In this document: positions 11,001 through 20,267 of the stretch, one piece after another
Numbering within the stretch: the stretch's first letter is position 1
Layout of the letters: every line of letters starts with the position of its first letter
Origin: an uncultured Eubacteriales bacterium
GTDB lineage: Bacteria > Bacillota > Clostridia > TANB77 > CAG-508
Length of the DNA: 64,000 nucleotides
NCBI GenBank assembly: GCA_949288095.1
Contig: CASEIX010000012.1
Span: 5,570-69,569 of the forward strand
Reading direction: 5' to 3'
Program-made: the position numbers and the translations under genes
The notes under the pieces: generated by a model
The model's input: the letters and a program-made list of their open reading frames with translations, nothing else
What the model was told of the DNA's origin: nothing
Databases searched by the model: none

Positions 11001-11270
11001 AATTCCTGGTAAAATAGCATCTGGTCTTTCATATCTGATAATTTTAGCAACATATTCTAATGTTAATGGCTCCATATATACTTTATCAGCAATCGCTGTG
11101 TCTGTCATAATGGTTGCTGGATTGGAATTTACTAATATAACTTTATATCCTTCTTCTTTTAACGCTAAACAAGCTTGTGTTCCAGCATAATCAAATTCTG
11201 CTGCTTGTCCAATAACAATTGGTCCAGAACCAATAACTAGTACAGTTTTTATATCTTTTCTTTTTGGCAT
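8091..11270 (-). CDS. carB: carbamoyl-phosphate synthase large subunit
   Basis: about 1059 aa; duplicated ATP-grasp halves and MGS-like C-terminus; canonical start [28 protein letters not shown] at 11270. Confidence 0.97.
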   Translation of the reverse strand: MPKRKDIKTVLVIGSGPIVIGQAAEFDYAGTQACLALKEEGYKVILVNSNPATIMTDTAIADKVYMEPLTLEYVAKIIRYERPDAILPGIGGQTGLNIAMQLYRKGILQECQVELLGTSSESIEKAEDREKFKELCEELGEPVLESIIAESEEEGIAAANKIGYPVVLRPAFTLGGTGGGFADNEKELKPLLKHALKLSPVNQVLVEKSIKGYKEIEYEVMRDHNDTAITICNMENLDPVGVHTGDSIVVAPSQTLTNKEYQLLRDSALKIIRALKIEGGCNVQFALDPHSFNYYVIEVNPRVSRSSALASKASGYPIARVSAKIAVGMRLEEIPLANTPASFEPALDYIVCKIPRFPFDKFTLASNKLSTQMKATGEVMSVGRTFEESLLKAIRSLETGVCHIHHKKFDTMETEDMMTYIKDGTDDRIYAIAELIRRDVDLGLIYDTTKIDMFFLEKIKNIVETEKVLKKNVGDIDTLKTVKKMGFSDKYIAKVWKKKENDIYELRKKNSIYPVYKMIDTCSSEFESYVPYFYSTYEEENESIISDKKKIIVLGAGPIRIGQGVEFDYSTVHAVKTIKEAGYEAIIINNNPETVSTDYTTSDKLYFEPLTVEDVMNIVELEKPEGVVAALGGQTAINLAGPLSKLGVKIIGTDVNAIEKAENRDAFERVMKELKLLQPKGEAVTNIEDGIKVAKEIGYPVLVRPSYVLGGRAMQIVSNQKALEKYLKTAVEINTEQPVLVDKYITGKELEVDAVCDGKDVFIPGIMEHVEKTGIHSGDSISVYPTFSVSQKAKDTIIDYTVKLGLGIGIVGLYNIQFIVDKNEDVYVIEVNPRSSRTVPFISKSTGYSLADIGTLAMLGKSLKEQGITQVYPKEKEKWYVKAPAFSFSKLSGLDATLSPEMKSTGEAIGYDKKLTRALYKALQSSGMKLANYGTIFVTIADKDKEEALPLIRRFYNLGFNIEATKGTAKFLKEHGIRTRVKKKLSEGSEEILESLRKGYVSYVINTRNIDSIDQETDGTYIRRCATQNNVPMFTALDTVRAVLDVLEEITLGISTIDE

Positions 11271-11326
11271 TTTATTCATTCCTTTCTTTTAAAAACAATT
11301 TCTATTTCCAATTTTTTACTAAATTC

Positions 11327-11437
11327 GAAAAAGAATTAGTATATTGCTAGGCAAACGAGATTTGAATTTATGAGGCGTACGATTTGTACGTCGATTAAAA
11401 TTCAAATCGAAGTTTAACGACGCAAGATGTGATTATT
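11327..11437. repeat. intergenic repeat module A, copy 1 (long imperfect hairpin)
   Basis: about 80% identical by eye to 43329-43440; stem GATTTGAATTT/AAATTCAAATC with apical CGTAC-loop-GTACG. Confidence 0.8.
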
Positions 11438-11582
11438 GTATAGAAAAAATCTTCTTCTATCTTGACTCTATCTGGATTTTTTCGTATACAAAAAGGTTAA
11501 GTTTCCTATATTTGTGAAGTACTGCAAAGCAGTCTTCACATCTGTGCGTCGAAATCTTTGATTTCGTTAACGCACGCTTTCC
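11435..11582. repeat. intergenic repeat module B, copy 1 (three hairpins)
   Basis: about 85% identical by eye to 41454-41600; abuts the carA stop codon; hairpins GTGCGT..ACGCAC, GTGAAG..CTTCAC, TATAGAAAAAATC..GATTTTTTCGTATA. Confidence 0.8.
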
Positions 11583-12671
11583 TTATTTTTCGAATTTTCC
11601 CATAATTTTGATAAACTTATCAAACAAATACCCACTATCTTGTGGTCCTGGTGCACTTTCAGGGTGATATTGCACACTAAACACTTTATCTTTCTTACAT
11701 TCAACACCTTCAATCGTATTATCCAAAATATTTTTATGTGTTGGTACTAAATCTGTTTTTTCTAAAGATTTTTCATCTACTGCATAACTATGGTTTTGAC
11801 TTGTAATTTCTATTTTATCTGTTTCTAAATTTAATACTGGATGGTTTCCACCTCTATGTCCAAATTTTAATTTATATGTTTTTGCACCATATGCTAAACT
11901 AATCATTTGATGTCCTAAGCAAATTCCAAAGATTGGATATTTTCCTCTTAATTCTTTTACAAGTTTAATAACTTCTTTTACATCTTCTGGATCACCTGGT
12001 CCATTTGATAAAAAGACTCCATCTGGCTTTAGACTTTCAATTTCTTTTGCTGTTGTATTATATGGTACAATTGTTACATTACAACCTCTTTTATTTAAAC
12101 TTCTGATAATATTTAACTTAATACCACAATCTACAGCTACCACATTATATTTGTAATTTGCTGTTCTAGAATACCATTTCTTTTTACAACTTACTTTTGA
12201 TACAGCATCTTTTGGAATATCATATGCATTCAATTTTTTTAATGCTTCTTCTTTACTAGTTGTAATGTCTGTGATAATAACCTTTCTACTTCCTTTATTT
12301 CTGATACTTCTTGTTAATTTTCTTGTATCAACACCTGAAATTCCTGGTATATCATTTTCTTCTAAATATTCTGATAATGTTTTAGTGTAACGGAAATTAC
12401 TTGGTAAATCATTATATTCTCTTACCACCATTCCACCAATCGTTGGTTGTTTGGTTTCATAATCTTCATCTGTGATTCCATAGTTTCCGATTAATGGATA
12501 TGTCATCACTACCATTTGATAAGTATATGATGGGTCTGAAACGATTTCTTGATATCCTACCATTGAGGTGTTAAATACAATTTCACAAATGGCTTCTTTG
12601 TCTGCCCCAAATCCATATCCTAAATATTCTTCTCCATCTTCTAGTACAATTTTTTTGTTGAATTCTTTCAT
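11583..12671 (-). CDS. carA: carbamoyl-phosphate synthase small (glutaminase) subunit
   Basis: GATase active site GICLGHQ, and HPE near the C-terminus; ATG 12671 preceded by GGAGG. Confidence 0.95.
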   Translation of the reverse strand: MKEFNKKIVLEDGEEYLGYGFGADKEAICEIVFNTSMVGYQEIVSDPSYTYQMVVMTYPLIGNYGITDEDYETKQPTIGGMVVREYNDLPSNFRYTKTLSEYLEENDIPGISGVDTRKLTRSIRNKGSRKVIITDITTSKEEALKKLNAYDIPKDAVSKVSCKKKWYSRTANYKYNVVAVDCGIKLNIIRSLNKRGCNVTIVPYNTTAKEIESLKPDGVFLSNGPGDPEDVKEVIKLVKELRGKYPIFGICLGHQMISLAYGAKTYKLKFGHRGGNHPVLNLETDKIEITSQNHSYAVDEKSLEKTDLVPTHKNILDNTIEGVECKKDKVFSVQYHPESAPGPQDSGYLFDKFIKIMGKFEK

Positions 12672-12748
12672 ATTAACCTCCATTCATATATGTTAAATTT
12701 GTATATATTGTAAATGACAAAAAAAAATAAGGAACAAAAAATCCTTAC

Positions 12749-12832
12749 TTAAAATGCAAATGAAAATAAAGCAACTATTAAGAAAACAGCTGAAATGTTT
12801 ATGCAATTAGTTTTTTTCAAATAGTTTTTCAT
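12749..12832 (-). CDS. possible 27-aa hydrophobic peptide (MKNYLKKTNCINISAVFLIVALFSFAF) immediately upstream of carA
   Basis: GGGAG RBS 6 nt before the ATG; stop followed by a TAAGGA/TCCTTA hairpin and a T9 run (12719-12747). Below the ORF-track size cutoff; found by hand translation. Confidence 0.3.
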   Translation of the reverse strand: MKNYLKKTNCINISAVFLIVALFSFAF

Positions 12833-13009
12833 TTTCTTGCTCCCTTTTATATTTTATATCTTTACTATTATACCAGAAACTATATATAGATTGCAACATT
12901 TTTTGTTATTTTTTTACATCTGACTGTTTACTATATTTGACACAATTTTTTAATCAGCATATAATATTGTTGTTGTCTATTAATAATATTTTCAGAAAAG
13001 GAGTTGTTT

Positions 13010-13336
13010 ATGAAAAATTTACTTATCATCACAATTGCTTTACTAGCACTCGTTGTTATCTTAGTTGCTTTGCTAATTTTCAAAGTTACACGGCTTTCAA
13101 AACAGGTCAGCCTGTTATCTCAGCCAATCATACATATAGATGTAGAAGCAGCTAACGTCATTGCCGAGCAATTGGCTAGTATGACACTTGTTGAAACGAA
13201 CAAGTATGATGCCATTTCTGCACAGTCGATTTTCCGTTGGTTTTATGCCGATCATATGTCACACCGGTCGTACTCTTGGAGTCTAATTCAATATGACCCC
13301 TTATTTGCGCCAGAATATCCGCACTCTGAGTATTAA
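13010..13336 (+). CDS. hypothetical membrane-anchored protein; 3' part doubtful
   Basis: AAGGAG RBS then ATG 13010 and an N-terminal TM (LLIITIALLALVVILVALLIF); the 3' 160 nt overlap the convergent ORF 13176-13760. Confidence 0.25.
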   Translation: MKNLLIITIALLALVVILVALLIFKVTRLSKQVSLLSQPIIHIDVEAANVIAEQLASMTLVETNKYDAISAQSIFRWFYADHMSHRSYSWSLIQYDPLFAPEYPHSEY

Positions 13337-13760
13337 TTTTAATGTCACTTTCTCTGTCTATGTCTGGTGTACTAATTTCCACCAGACCATTATTGGTCTT
13401 TATTCTCAGTTCTTCTGGCAGGACATTTTTTATCTTGACATCAGCAGAGCCCGTCCCTATTGAAAGGGATGGAATTGTTGTCGGAATCGCTATCTTCAAT
13501 TCGACTTTTCCTACCACTTTTGTCTCTTGGAATGTAATTATCGACTCATTTTCTCTTTTTTTACTCTTAAGGGTTACTTCGGAACCAGCCTCCCCTTGAA
13601 GCCACATCCGTATCTTATTTGATTGTATTGGCTGTATAGATACCTTTACTTCCTTAGAGATAATAACGAGTCTTTCAACTCCTTTCCCGGAAATCGACCT
13701 TTTGTAGTCTATCCGGTTTTCTTTGTTTTCCAAACTTTCTTTTCCCATAATGTCTTTCAT
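13176..13760 (-). CDS. DUF4097-like (putative adhesin beta-repeat) protein; possibly decayed at its 3' end
   Basis: repetitive beta-strand pattern (VKIKNVLPEELRIKTNNGLVEISTP...DIKINTQSADI) typical of DUF4097; clearly more GC-rich codons than neighbours. Confidence 0.5.
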   Translation of the reverse strand: MKDIMGKESLENKENRIDYKRSISGKGVERLVIISKEVKVSIQPIQSNKIRMWLQGEAGSEVTLKSKKRENESIITFQETKVVGKVELKIAIPTTIPSLSIGTGSADVKIKNVLPEELRIKTNNGLVEISTPDIDRESDIKINTQSADILAQIRGHIELDSKSTTGVTYDRHKTNGKSTVQKWHHTCSFQQVSY

Positions 13761-13875
13761 CCTTTCTTTTATTTAAAATATTTTGGAATCTTTTACTAAA
13801 GGTCATTGCCCATAGCATTGGGTAACATTATACCATAAAATACATTTAAATTCAAGTTTACAGGCTCTTCTGATT

Positions 13876-14205
13876 TTATTCCTCATCTTCTCCATAAATT
13901 TTATCTACTATTGGAAATGCTTTCCAAGCCAAAGGCCAACCACAATAAAATGCTAATTGTGTAATTACTTCTACTATTTCTGTTTTGGTAATTCCATGTG
14001 CTTTTCCCATAGCAATATGAGATTCAAATGGTCCTTCTACAATTCCTTTTCCAAATAAAGCTGCAATGGTTATCATACTTCTATCTCTTGGATTTAATTT
14101 ATCCTCTCTTGACCAGATTTCTCCAAATAATACATCATCATTTAATTCTGCAAATTTTGGAGCTAACTTTCCTAAATTATCTCTCCCTGCTGTTTGTTTT
14201 TCCAT
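13876..14205 (-). CDS. carboxymuconolactone decarboxylase (CMD/AhpD-like) family protein
   Basis: 109 aa; LNPRDRSMITIAAL...ITKTEIVEVITQLAFYCGWP pattern typical of the CMD family. Confidence 0.8.
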   Translation of the reverse strand: MEKQTAGRDNLGKLAPKFAELNDDVLFGEIWSREDKLNPRDRSMITIAALFGKGIVEGPFESHIAMGKAHGITKTEIVEVITQLAFYCGWPLAWKAFPIVDKIYGEDEE

Positions 14206-14233
14206 AATACATTCCTCCTTAAAATTTATATTT

Positions 14234-14701
14234 TTAATTATTAAAAGCTAATTCTCTAACAATTTTACTTTTTTCACTAGCTGCACCTATTGATAATCCT
14301 TTTAAATCCATTTCCATTAGTTTAGAAAGTCTACCAATAAGGTAAGTAATATTGTCATAACATTCTTGACTTGGACTAGAACCTTGTGCAAAAACATATA
14401 ATTTTTTACCTCTTAATTTTTCAGCCTCTGGTAATAAATATAGTCTATCAATAAATGTTTTTAATATACCTCCTACTGTATACCAATAGATTGGTGCTCC
14501 AATGACTAAAATATCTGCCTTTTCAATTTCCTTGAATATATCTTTTATTTGGTCATCTTCATATACTTGTCCATACTGATATACTTTATAATCGGCCATT
14601 TGTAAAACTTCATGTTCTCTATCTCTTAAAATTTCTTCTCCAATATGAAATGTGTTACCATTTCTATTGGGGCTACTGTTCATAAACAAAATCTTTTCCA
14701 T
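14234..14701 (-). CDS. flavodoxin-like fold NAD(P)H-dependent FMN reductase family protein
   Basis: 155 aa; N-terminus ILFMNSSPNRNGNT and ADILVIGAPIYW motifs. Confidence 0.75.
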   Translation of the reverse strand: MEKILFMNSSPNRNGNTFHIGEEILRDREHEVLQMADYKVYQYGQVYEDDQIKDIFKEIEKADILVIGAPIYWYTVGGILKTFIDRLYLLPEAEKLRGKKLYVFAQGSSPSQECYDNITYLIGRLSKLMEMDLKGLSIGAASEKSKIVRELAFNN

Positions 14702-14746
14702 CTTATTTTCTCCTTTCTTTTATTTTTTGTTTTCATTTAACAATAT

Positions 14747-15844
14747 TTATCTCTCCTCAAAATAATCTGCTATTTCTTTCATTCTATTCATTTGGTCAAC
14801 TTTAAATGGACATCTTGTATTGCAATGACCACATTGAATACAGTCTTTTGCTGTTTTTTCTAAGTTTTTATAATGGTCTTTTGCTAATATATCTCCTGCT
14901 TTTGACAAATCATAATATTTATTGATTAAACCAATATCTAATCCCATAGGACAAGGTTCACAGTGGTTGCAATATACACATTTTCCACTTGCCTCTGGTG
15001 GTGTAAATTCACTGATAATGGAATAATCTTTTTCCTCATCAGTTGCTTTATTAAAATATAAAATTTCTTCTAAATCTTCTTTTCCTCTGATTCCTGGAAG
15101 TACTGTCAAAACGCCTGGTTTGTCTAAGGCATATTGTATACATTGTATTTTTGTAAGTGCTTTTCCAAATGGAGAAGTTCTTTCATCTAATAATTGTCCA
15201 CTAGAAAATGCTTTCATAACAGATATACCAACACCTTCTGCTTCACATCTTCTATATAATTCCATTCTTTCATTAACACTACCATTGGCGTATGCACCTT
15301 GTTCATAATCATATGCTGGATTAATACTAAACATCACCATGTCAATTAATCCTGTATCTAATGCTTTATGTACTAATTCTGGTGTATGAGAAGAAATTCC
15401 AATATGTTTTACAATTCCTTTTTCTTTTAGTTCTTTAATATACTCTAATATACCATTTTTTTGATATGCATTCCAGTCACTTTCTTCATCTATGCAATGA
15501 ATAAATCCATAATCAATATATTCTGTTCTTAATTGTTCTAATTGCCATGCAATTGATTTTTTTATTTTTTCTAAATTTGTTGTCCAGCCATAACTTCCCG
15601 TTTCATAATTTGCTCCAAAATGAATTTGGTACATAACTTTATCTCTGACATTCTCAAAAGCTTTCCCATAATATGGAAAACATTCTGCATCTCCACCTGC
15701 TAGATCAAAATAATTGATTCCATTATCAAATGCCATTTTTAAAGTTTCAATTCCTTCTTTTTCTCCTGCTTGAGAGATAGAACTAGCACCTAATCCTATA
15801 ATACTAATTTTATCTCCTGTTCTACGATTGATTCGATATTCCAT
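14747..15844 (-). CDS. aldo/keto reductase with C-terminal 2x[4Fe-4S] ferredoxin-type domain
   Basis: AKR N-terminus (RRTGDKISIIGLGAS), cysteine clusters CVYCNHCEPCP and CIQCGHCNTRCP; ATG 15844 preceded by GGAGG. The longer ORF-track start lacks an RBS. Confidence 0.85.
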   Translation of the reverse strand: MEYRINRRTGDKISIIGLGASSISQAGEKEGIETLKMAFDNGINYFDLAGGDAECFPYYGKAFENVRDKVMYQIHFGANYETGSYGWTTNLEKIKKSIAWQLEQLRTEYIDYGFIHCIDEESDWNAYQKNGILEYIKELKEKGIVKHIGISSHTPELVHKALDTGLIDMVMFSINPAYDYEQGAYANGSVNERMELYRRCEAEGVGISVMKAFSSGQLLDERTSPFGKALTKIQCIQYALDKPGVLTVLPGIRGKEDLEEILYFNKATDEEKDYSIISEFTPPEASGKCVYCNHCEPCPMGLDIGLINKYYDLSKAGDILAKDHYKNLEKTAKDCIQCGHCNTRCPFKVDQMNRMKEIADYFEER

Positions 15845-16158
15845 TTCTAATCCTCCTTGCTTTTTATCGTTTTTTCTTATTTTTATTATATAGAAAAAAT
15901 CTATTTTCATCTTTGTACAATTCAAAAATTCCCCATACATAACTAGGGTTAGCTTTCTTATATTGGTAAAATAATGTAAAACATTCTTCACATCTATACA
16001 TAGAAGTTTTCCATTTCGTTGTTCATATTTATCTTATATCACTTAGAGTTTACTTTAAGTCAATACTTTTTTATAAAATATATAATTTATTTTTTATTGA
16101 TATATATAATATGGTATTATAAAAAAAGTACCAATTATATTTGGTACTTTTTCATCTT

Positions 16159-16506
16159 CTACATTTGTAAATTTAATTCAAATCTCTCTATAAATCCTAT
16201 CCATTCTCCTTTTTCGTTTCTTACACCTTGCATATAAACTCTTTGATTTCTGGATGTCACACATACAAACACTTCTTTCCCATTACGTTTAATGCCTTCA
16301 TATCCTTTTTTAATTCGTTCGATGGATTTTTCACTACTATGACAATCAAATAGACTTTTTCCTATTAAATTTTTATAGCCTCTTTCTTCATAATAATGAT
16401 ATTGGGCATTTTTATTCATATATCGAATTATATAGTCATTATCCACGAAAACAATTGGATATGGATAACTATTTAAGATTCCTTTTAGCATCTCTAATTC
16501 TTCCAT
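16159..16506 (-). CDS. small PAS-domain protein
   Basis: 115 aa; PAS-like pattern (YPIVFVDNDYIIRYMNKNA...GKSLFDCH...). Confidence 0.6.
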   Translation of the reverse strand: MEELEMLKGILNSYPYPIVFVDNDYIIRYMNKNAQYHYYEERGYKNLIGKSLFDCHSSEKSIERIKKGYEGIKRNGKEVFVCVTSRNQRVYMQGVRNEKGEWIGFIERFELNLQM

Positions 16507-16539
16507 GTATTATTGACAACTTCCTTTCTGCTTTTCTTA

Positions 16540-17112
16540 CTATTTATTCATAAATTTCTTTCCACTATTCCATGCTTGTCCTACTTTTTCTCCAATCTTG
16601 TAATATCCATTTTGATATTGGTCAAATACAAATGCATTGATTTTGGTAGGATCTACTTTTCCATTCTCATCTAAAACTTTTTCGTCTGCTACCACATTTA
16701 CAATTTCTCCTAAAACTCTGAAACCATAAGATTCATGTTGCAATTCTGACACTTTACATTCTAATGTAATTGGATATTCTTCAATAATTGGTGCATCTAC
16801 TCTTGTACTTTTTGTAGCATGCATTCCTGTTCTTTCAAATTTATCTTCCATTGTGTTTCCAGATACTGTTCCAAAAAAGTCTGATTCTTCTAGATGGTCT
16901 ACATCTGCTATACTTAATGTAAAGGCTTTTCTTTCTTTAATATTTTTAGCTGTTTTGTGGCTTTCACTTATATTTAAAGCTACCATATTGTTGTTACAAA
17001 TGCCTCCCCAAGCCATGTTCATTACATCTACCTTATCATTTTCTCCATATGTTGCAATCATCAATACTGGCATAGGAAATACATAAGGTTTTACTCCTAA
17101 ATCTTTTTTCAT
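16540..17112 (-). CDS. flavin reductase family (FMN-binding split-barrel) protein
   Basis: 190 aa; PMPVLMIATYGENDKVDVMNMAWGG typical of the flavin reductase-like domain. Confidence 0.8.
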   Translation of the reverse strand: MKKDLGVKPYVFPMPVLMIATYGENDKVDVMNMAWGGICNNNMVALNISESHKTAKNIKERKAFTLSIADVDHLEESDFFGTVSGNTMEDKFERTGMHATKSTRVDAPIIEEYPITLECKVSELQHESYGFRVLGEIVNVVADEKVLDENGKVDPTKINAFVFDQYQNGYYKIGEKVGQAWNSGKKFMNK

Positions 17113-17224
17113 AGAAAATTCCTCCCATCTTGAGCAACTTATGCTCTATAAAAATTAACAATTCCCTTTTATTATTTGCTTATATCTTATCATGTATTCT
17201 TTTATCTTACAATAAAAATACACT

Positions 17225-17707
17225 TTATATTACATATTTTTCTCCTATATTTCTTTTCAAAATATCTATTGCTTGATTATGTCTTTCCATTCCACATGTA
17301 GAACCACATAAATTTTCTAGTACATAAATATCATACCCTAATTCAAATAAATCCAATGCTGTTTTTAACACACAACAATCTGTATTGATTCCGCACAAAT
17401 AGATTTTTGTTATTTCATTTTTATGAATATATTCTACCATTTCTTTTGTAACAGCTGAATATATGGATTTGTCAAATACTTGATAACCTTTTGTATCTAA
17501 TACAATCATTTTATCTTCATCTGAAAGACATCCTCTCCAGTTTAATTTTTTCACATATAAACTTTCTTCGTAATTTACGAATCTTGTAAAAGCAACATCA
17601 TCATATTGATTACTTGCAATTGTTTCTTCTATTTTACTAGGTAATTTTTCTGTACTTTGATTTATAAAAGCTTTTTGTAAATCGATTACTAATAAAAGTG
17701 ATTTCAT
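17225..17707 (-). CDS. isochorismatase-family cysteine hydrolase
   Basis: LLVIDLQKAF (Asp) and LCGINTDCCV (Cys) motifs; ATG 17707 preceded by GGAGG. Confidence 0.8.
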   Translation of the reverse strand: MKSLLLVIDLQKAFINQSTEKLPSKIEETIASNQYDDVAFTRFVNYEESLYVKKLNWRGCLSDEDKMIVLDTKGYQVFDKSIYSAVTKEMVEYIHKNEITKIYLCGINTDCCVLKTALDLFELGYDIYVLENLCGSTCGMERHNQAIDILKRNIGEKYVI

Positions 17708-17743
17708 ATAAAGACCTCCTGTCATTATTTTTTTAACATCTTC

Positions 17744-18559
17744 TTATTTTCTTTTTCTAATTGTTTTAAACTCTTTTCCGGTGTTGGTAAATCTTCTGGC
17801 ATTGTTCCGTCCTGCCTCTTTAATAGCTTTTCTGACTATTTTTCCAATTTTATTATGAGTATCACAAGCTTTCTTCTCAGTATCAACTTTATCTCTTTTT
17901 AATCTTGATTCAGTTTGTGTAATACGAAAGAGATTTGCTGCAAGTTCCTCACTCCCCATATTATCTAAAATGTCTTCTCTATATCTCAATCCTTTTCTTT
18001 TAGCAATATCATCAGCTGTTTCTCCATTGTATAAACCTTTATATCCAGAATTATGAAATTTATCAAAATTTTTAACGCCTGCGTTTTTGGCTGTTTGATT
18101 AAGCGAATAATTCCCTTTTCTTGTCAAATCTCTTTGATAAAATCTTTTTTCATCTTCTGTTAATAAACTATATTCTTTTTCACTTATCTCTTGTTTTCTC
18201 GTTTGAATTGCAAAATATGTTTGTGCTAAAGCGATTACTTTTTTTCTTGTATCACCATTTTGTGCTATTAAATAACATGCATAACGAGTTAGCTTATAAT
18301 CCTCAATAAATTCTTCTTTGCCTTTACCAGAAATTATTGGCTTCCTGACATCAAGAAAGCAATCTTTTACCGAAATTTCACTATTTTCACACGCTATTAT
18401 AGCTTTTTCAATAACCTTCTTGAAATTTTCCCATTTTACATATTGTAAAACAGTCATAAGTTCTCTTGCATACCAATATTCAATTTCATTTTCATCAATG
18501 TGTTTGATATCTTCAAAAGTACGATTATCATATGTTTCTTTTCTTTCCAATTGATTCAT
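17744..18559 (-). CDS. dinD: DNA damage-inducible protein D
   Basis: FEDIKHIDENEIEYWYARELMTVLQYVKWENFKKVIEKA matches the DinD N-terminal pattern; ATG 18559 follows AGGAG. The longer ORF-track start runs into the tRNA gene. Confidence 0.85.
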   Translation of the reverse strand: MNQLERKETYDNRTFEDIKHIDENEIEYWYARELMTVLQYVKWENFKKVIEKAIIACENSEISVKDCFLDVRKPIISGKGKEEFIEDYKLTRYACYLIAQNGDTRKKVIALAQTYFAIQTRKQEISEKEYSLLTEDEKRFYQRDLTRKGNYSLNQTAKNAGVKNFDKFHNSGYKGLYNGETADDIAKRKGLRYREDILDNMGSEELAANLFRITQTESRLKRDKVDTEKKACDTHNKIGKIVRKAIKEAGRNNARRFTNTGKEFKTIRKRK

Positions 18560-18625
18560 ATTTATCATCTCCTTTTTGATTGTTGGTATTATATTATAGC
18601 TCTTTACAAATCGCAATACTTTTAT

Positions 18626-18638
18626 GAAAATTTGTTCG
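18626..18638. promoter_or_regulatory. Cheo-box-like (LexA-type) dyad upstream of dinD
   Basis: GAAAATTTGTTCG compared with the Firmicutes LexA consensus GAAC-N4-GTTC (one mismatch); lies in the spacer of a weak TTGTAA/TCATAA promoter on the minus strand. Confidence 0.3.
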
Positions 18639-18681
18639 ATATTTTTACAAGAAAAATACTTCACTTTTGTGAAGTATAAAC

Positions 18682-18764
18682 TGGTACCGATGGTGGGACT
18701 CGAACCCACATGGTTTCCCGCTGGATTTTGAGTCCAGTGCGTCTACCAATTCCGCCACATCGGC
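18682..18764 (-). tRNA. tRNA-Leu (anticodon CAA), CCA encoded
   Basis: acceptor stem GCCGATG/CATCGGT, anticodon loop CTCAAAA, long variable arm, T-arm GTGGG-TTCGAGT-CCCAC, 83 nt; folded by hand. Confidence 0.9.
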
Positions 18765-18844
18765 ATAAAAAATATGTACTAATATATATTAGCACATATC
18801 TAAAAAAAAGTCTAGAAAAATTTTAACTTTTTTAAAAGTTTCAT

Positions 18845-20098
18845 TTATACAATTTTAATCGTTTGCCCTGGATAAATTAAATTTGGATTTTGAATATCAT
18901 TATATTGTAAAATTTCATTTAAAGTAATCCCAAATCTTCTAGCAATTCTATTTAATGTATCTCCTTCCTTTACAACATAATATACTTGAATGGTATTATC
19001 TACTGGAGACAACTCTGTCACATCACTTTCTGTAATTCTTAATTTTTGCCCTGGATAAATTAGATTTGGATTTTCTATATCATTTAATTCCACAATATGT
19101 TCTACACTCACATGGTATTCTCTTGCGATTTGAGATAAAGTATTTCCTCTTTGAACTGTATAAATAATACTTCCGGTTCCTCTTTCTTCATTGCCCGGTA
19201 TGCTCGAATTAGTAAGAATTCTTAGTTTCTCTCCTGGATAAATCAAATCTGGATTTTGTATATTGTTAATATCCACTAGTTCTTGTACTGTTGTGCCATA
19301 TCTTCTTGCAATGGCACTTAAGGTATCTCCACTTTCTACAGTATATTCCACACTTTCTGTATTGCTTGGAGTTGTATTTCCGCTATTATCCGTAATTTCA
19401 GAAGTTTCATCTAAAAAGATTTCTTCTGTATACAAATCTCTATCCACATTACCATTAATCCCATTTACTCTACCTCTATCTGTGTATTGGATACCAATAT
19501 ATGTATTCCAACTGGTTTCTATATTAATGAGATTATTCCTATTTTCATAATAAGCAATCCATAAATCATAATCTTCTGCCAGACTTGTATCAAATGTACT
19601 TCTAGCATTTGATAAATCACTATATAAAATAACCTCTTTATTCGTTAATTCTTCTACACGTTCCATAAAGGTTCTAGCAATATTATTGATTTCTTCTCTT
19701 CCTGCACCTCCAAAAGTTTCATAATCTAATACCAATTTACAATCTGGTGCTTTTCCAGAAATGACAGATACAAAATAGTTTGCTTCTTCTCTCGCTTGTT
19801 CTGTACTTGTAGCTGTTAAGTAATGATAAAATCCTACGTGCAATCCATTTGCTTTTGCGTTTTCATAATTAATATCAAAATAGGCATCTTTTATATTGGT
19901 TCCTTGACTTGCCTTTATATATACGACCTGTATCCCAGCCTCTCTTACTTCTGCATAATTGATATATCCTTGCCAATTACTAACATCAATTCCTTGATAA
20001 CTTAAATTGGATGCAGGTGTTAATGCATATGTATGATTTATCTGTATACAAAAGACAAAAACAAATATGATAACTCCTGATATGAATTTTTTTAACAT
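18845..20098 (-). CDS. GH25 muramidase (lysozyme) with three C-terminal LysM domains
   Basis: signal peptide; [11 protein letters not shown]25 motif; three repeats of YTV..GDTLS.IA...L...N.I.NP.LIYPGQ.L.I. Confidence 0.9.
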   Translation of the reverse strand: MLKKFISGVIIFVFVFCIQINHTYALTPASNLSYQGIDVSNWQGYINYAEVREAGIQVVYIKASQGTNIKDAYFDINYENAKANGLHVGFYHYLTATSTEQAREEANYFVSVISGKAPDCKLVLDYETFGGAGREEINNIARTFMERVEELTNKEVILYSDLSNARSTFDTSLAEDYDLWIAYYENRNNLINIETSWNTYIGIQYTDRGRVNGINGNVDRDLYTEEIFLDETSEITDNSGNTTPSNTESVEYTVESGDTLSAIARRYGTTVQELVDINNIQNPDLIYPGEKLRILTNSSIPGNEERGTGSIIYTVQRGNTLSQIAREYHVSVEHIVELNDIENPNLIYPGQKLRITESDVTELSPVDNTIQVYYVVKEGDTLNRIARRFGITLNEILQYNDIQNPNLIYPGQTIKIV

Positions 20099-20267
20099 AC
20101 CTTCCTCCTTTTTTCTACTATACTATGTTTTAGAGAAAGTTTTGTTAAAAAAAGAAAGCAACATGATTAAATTTTTTCTATATAACATTATTTTTATTAA
20201 ATGAAAAAATAATGCTTCTAATTCTAGAAAAAAGGCATATAATTTTTTAATTATATACCTTTTTTTA

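Noticed and set aside
18560-18709. The N-terminal 50-codon extension of the dinD ORF in the ORF track
   Set aside because: It starts with GTG inside the tRNA-Leu gene and lacks an RBS. The ATG at 18559 has an AGGAG RBS and matches the usual DinD N-terminus.
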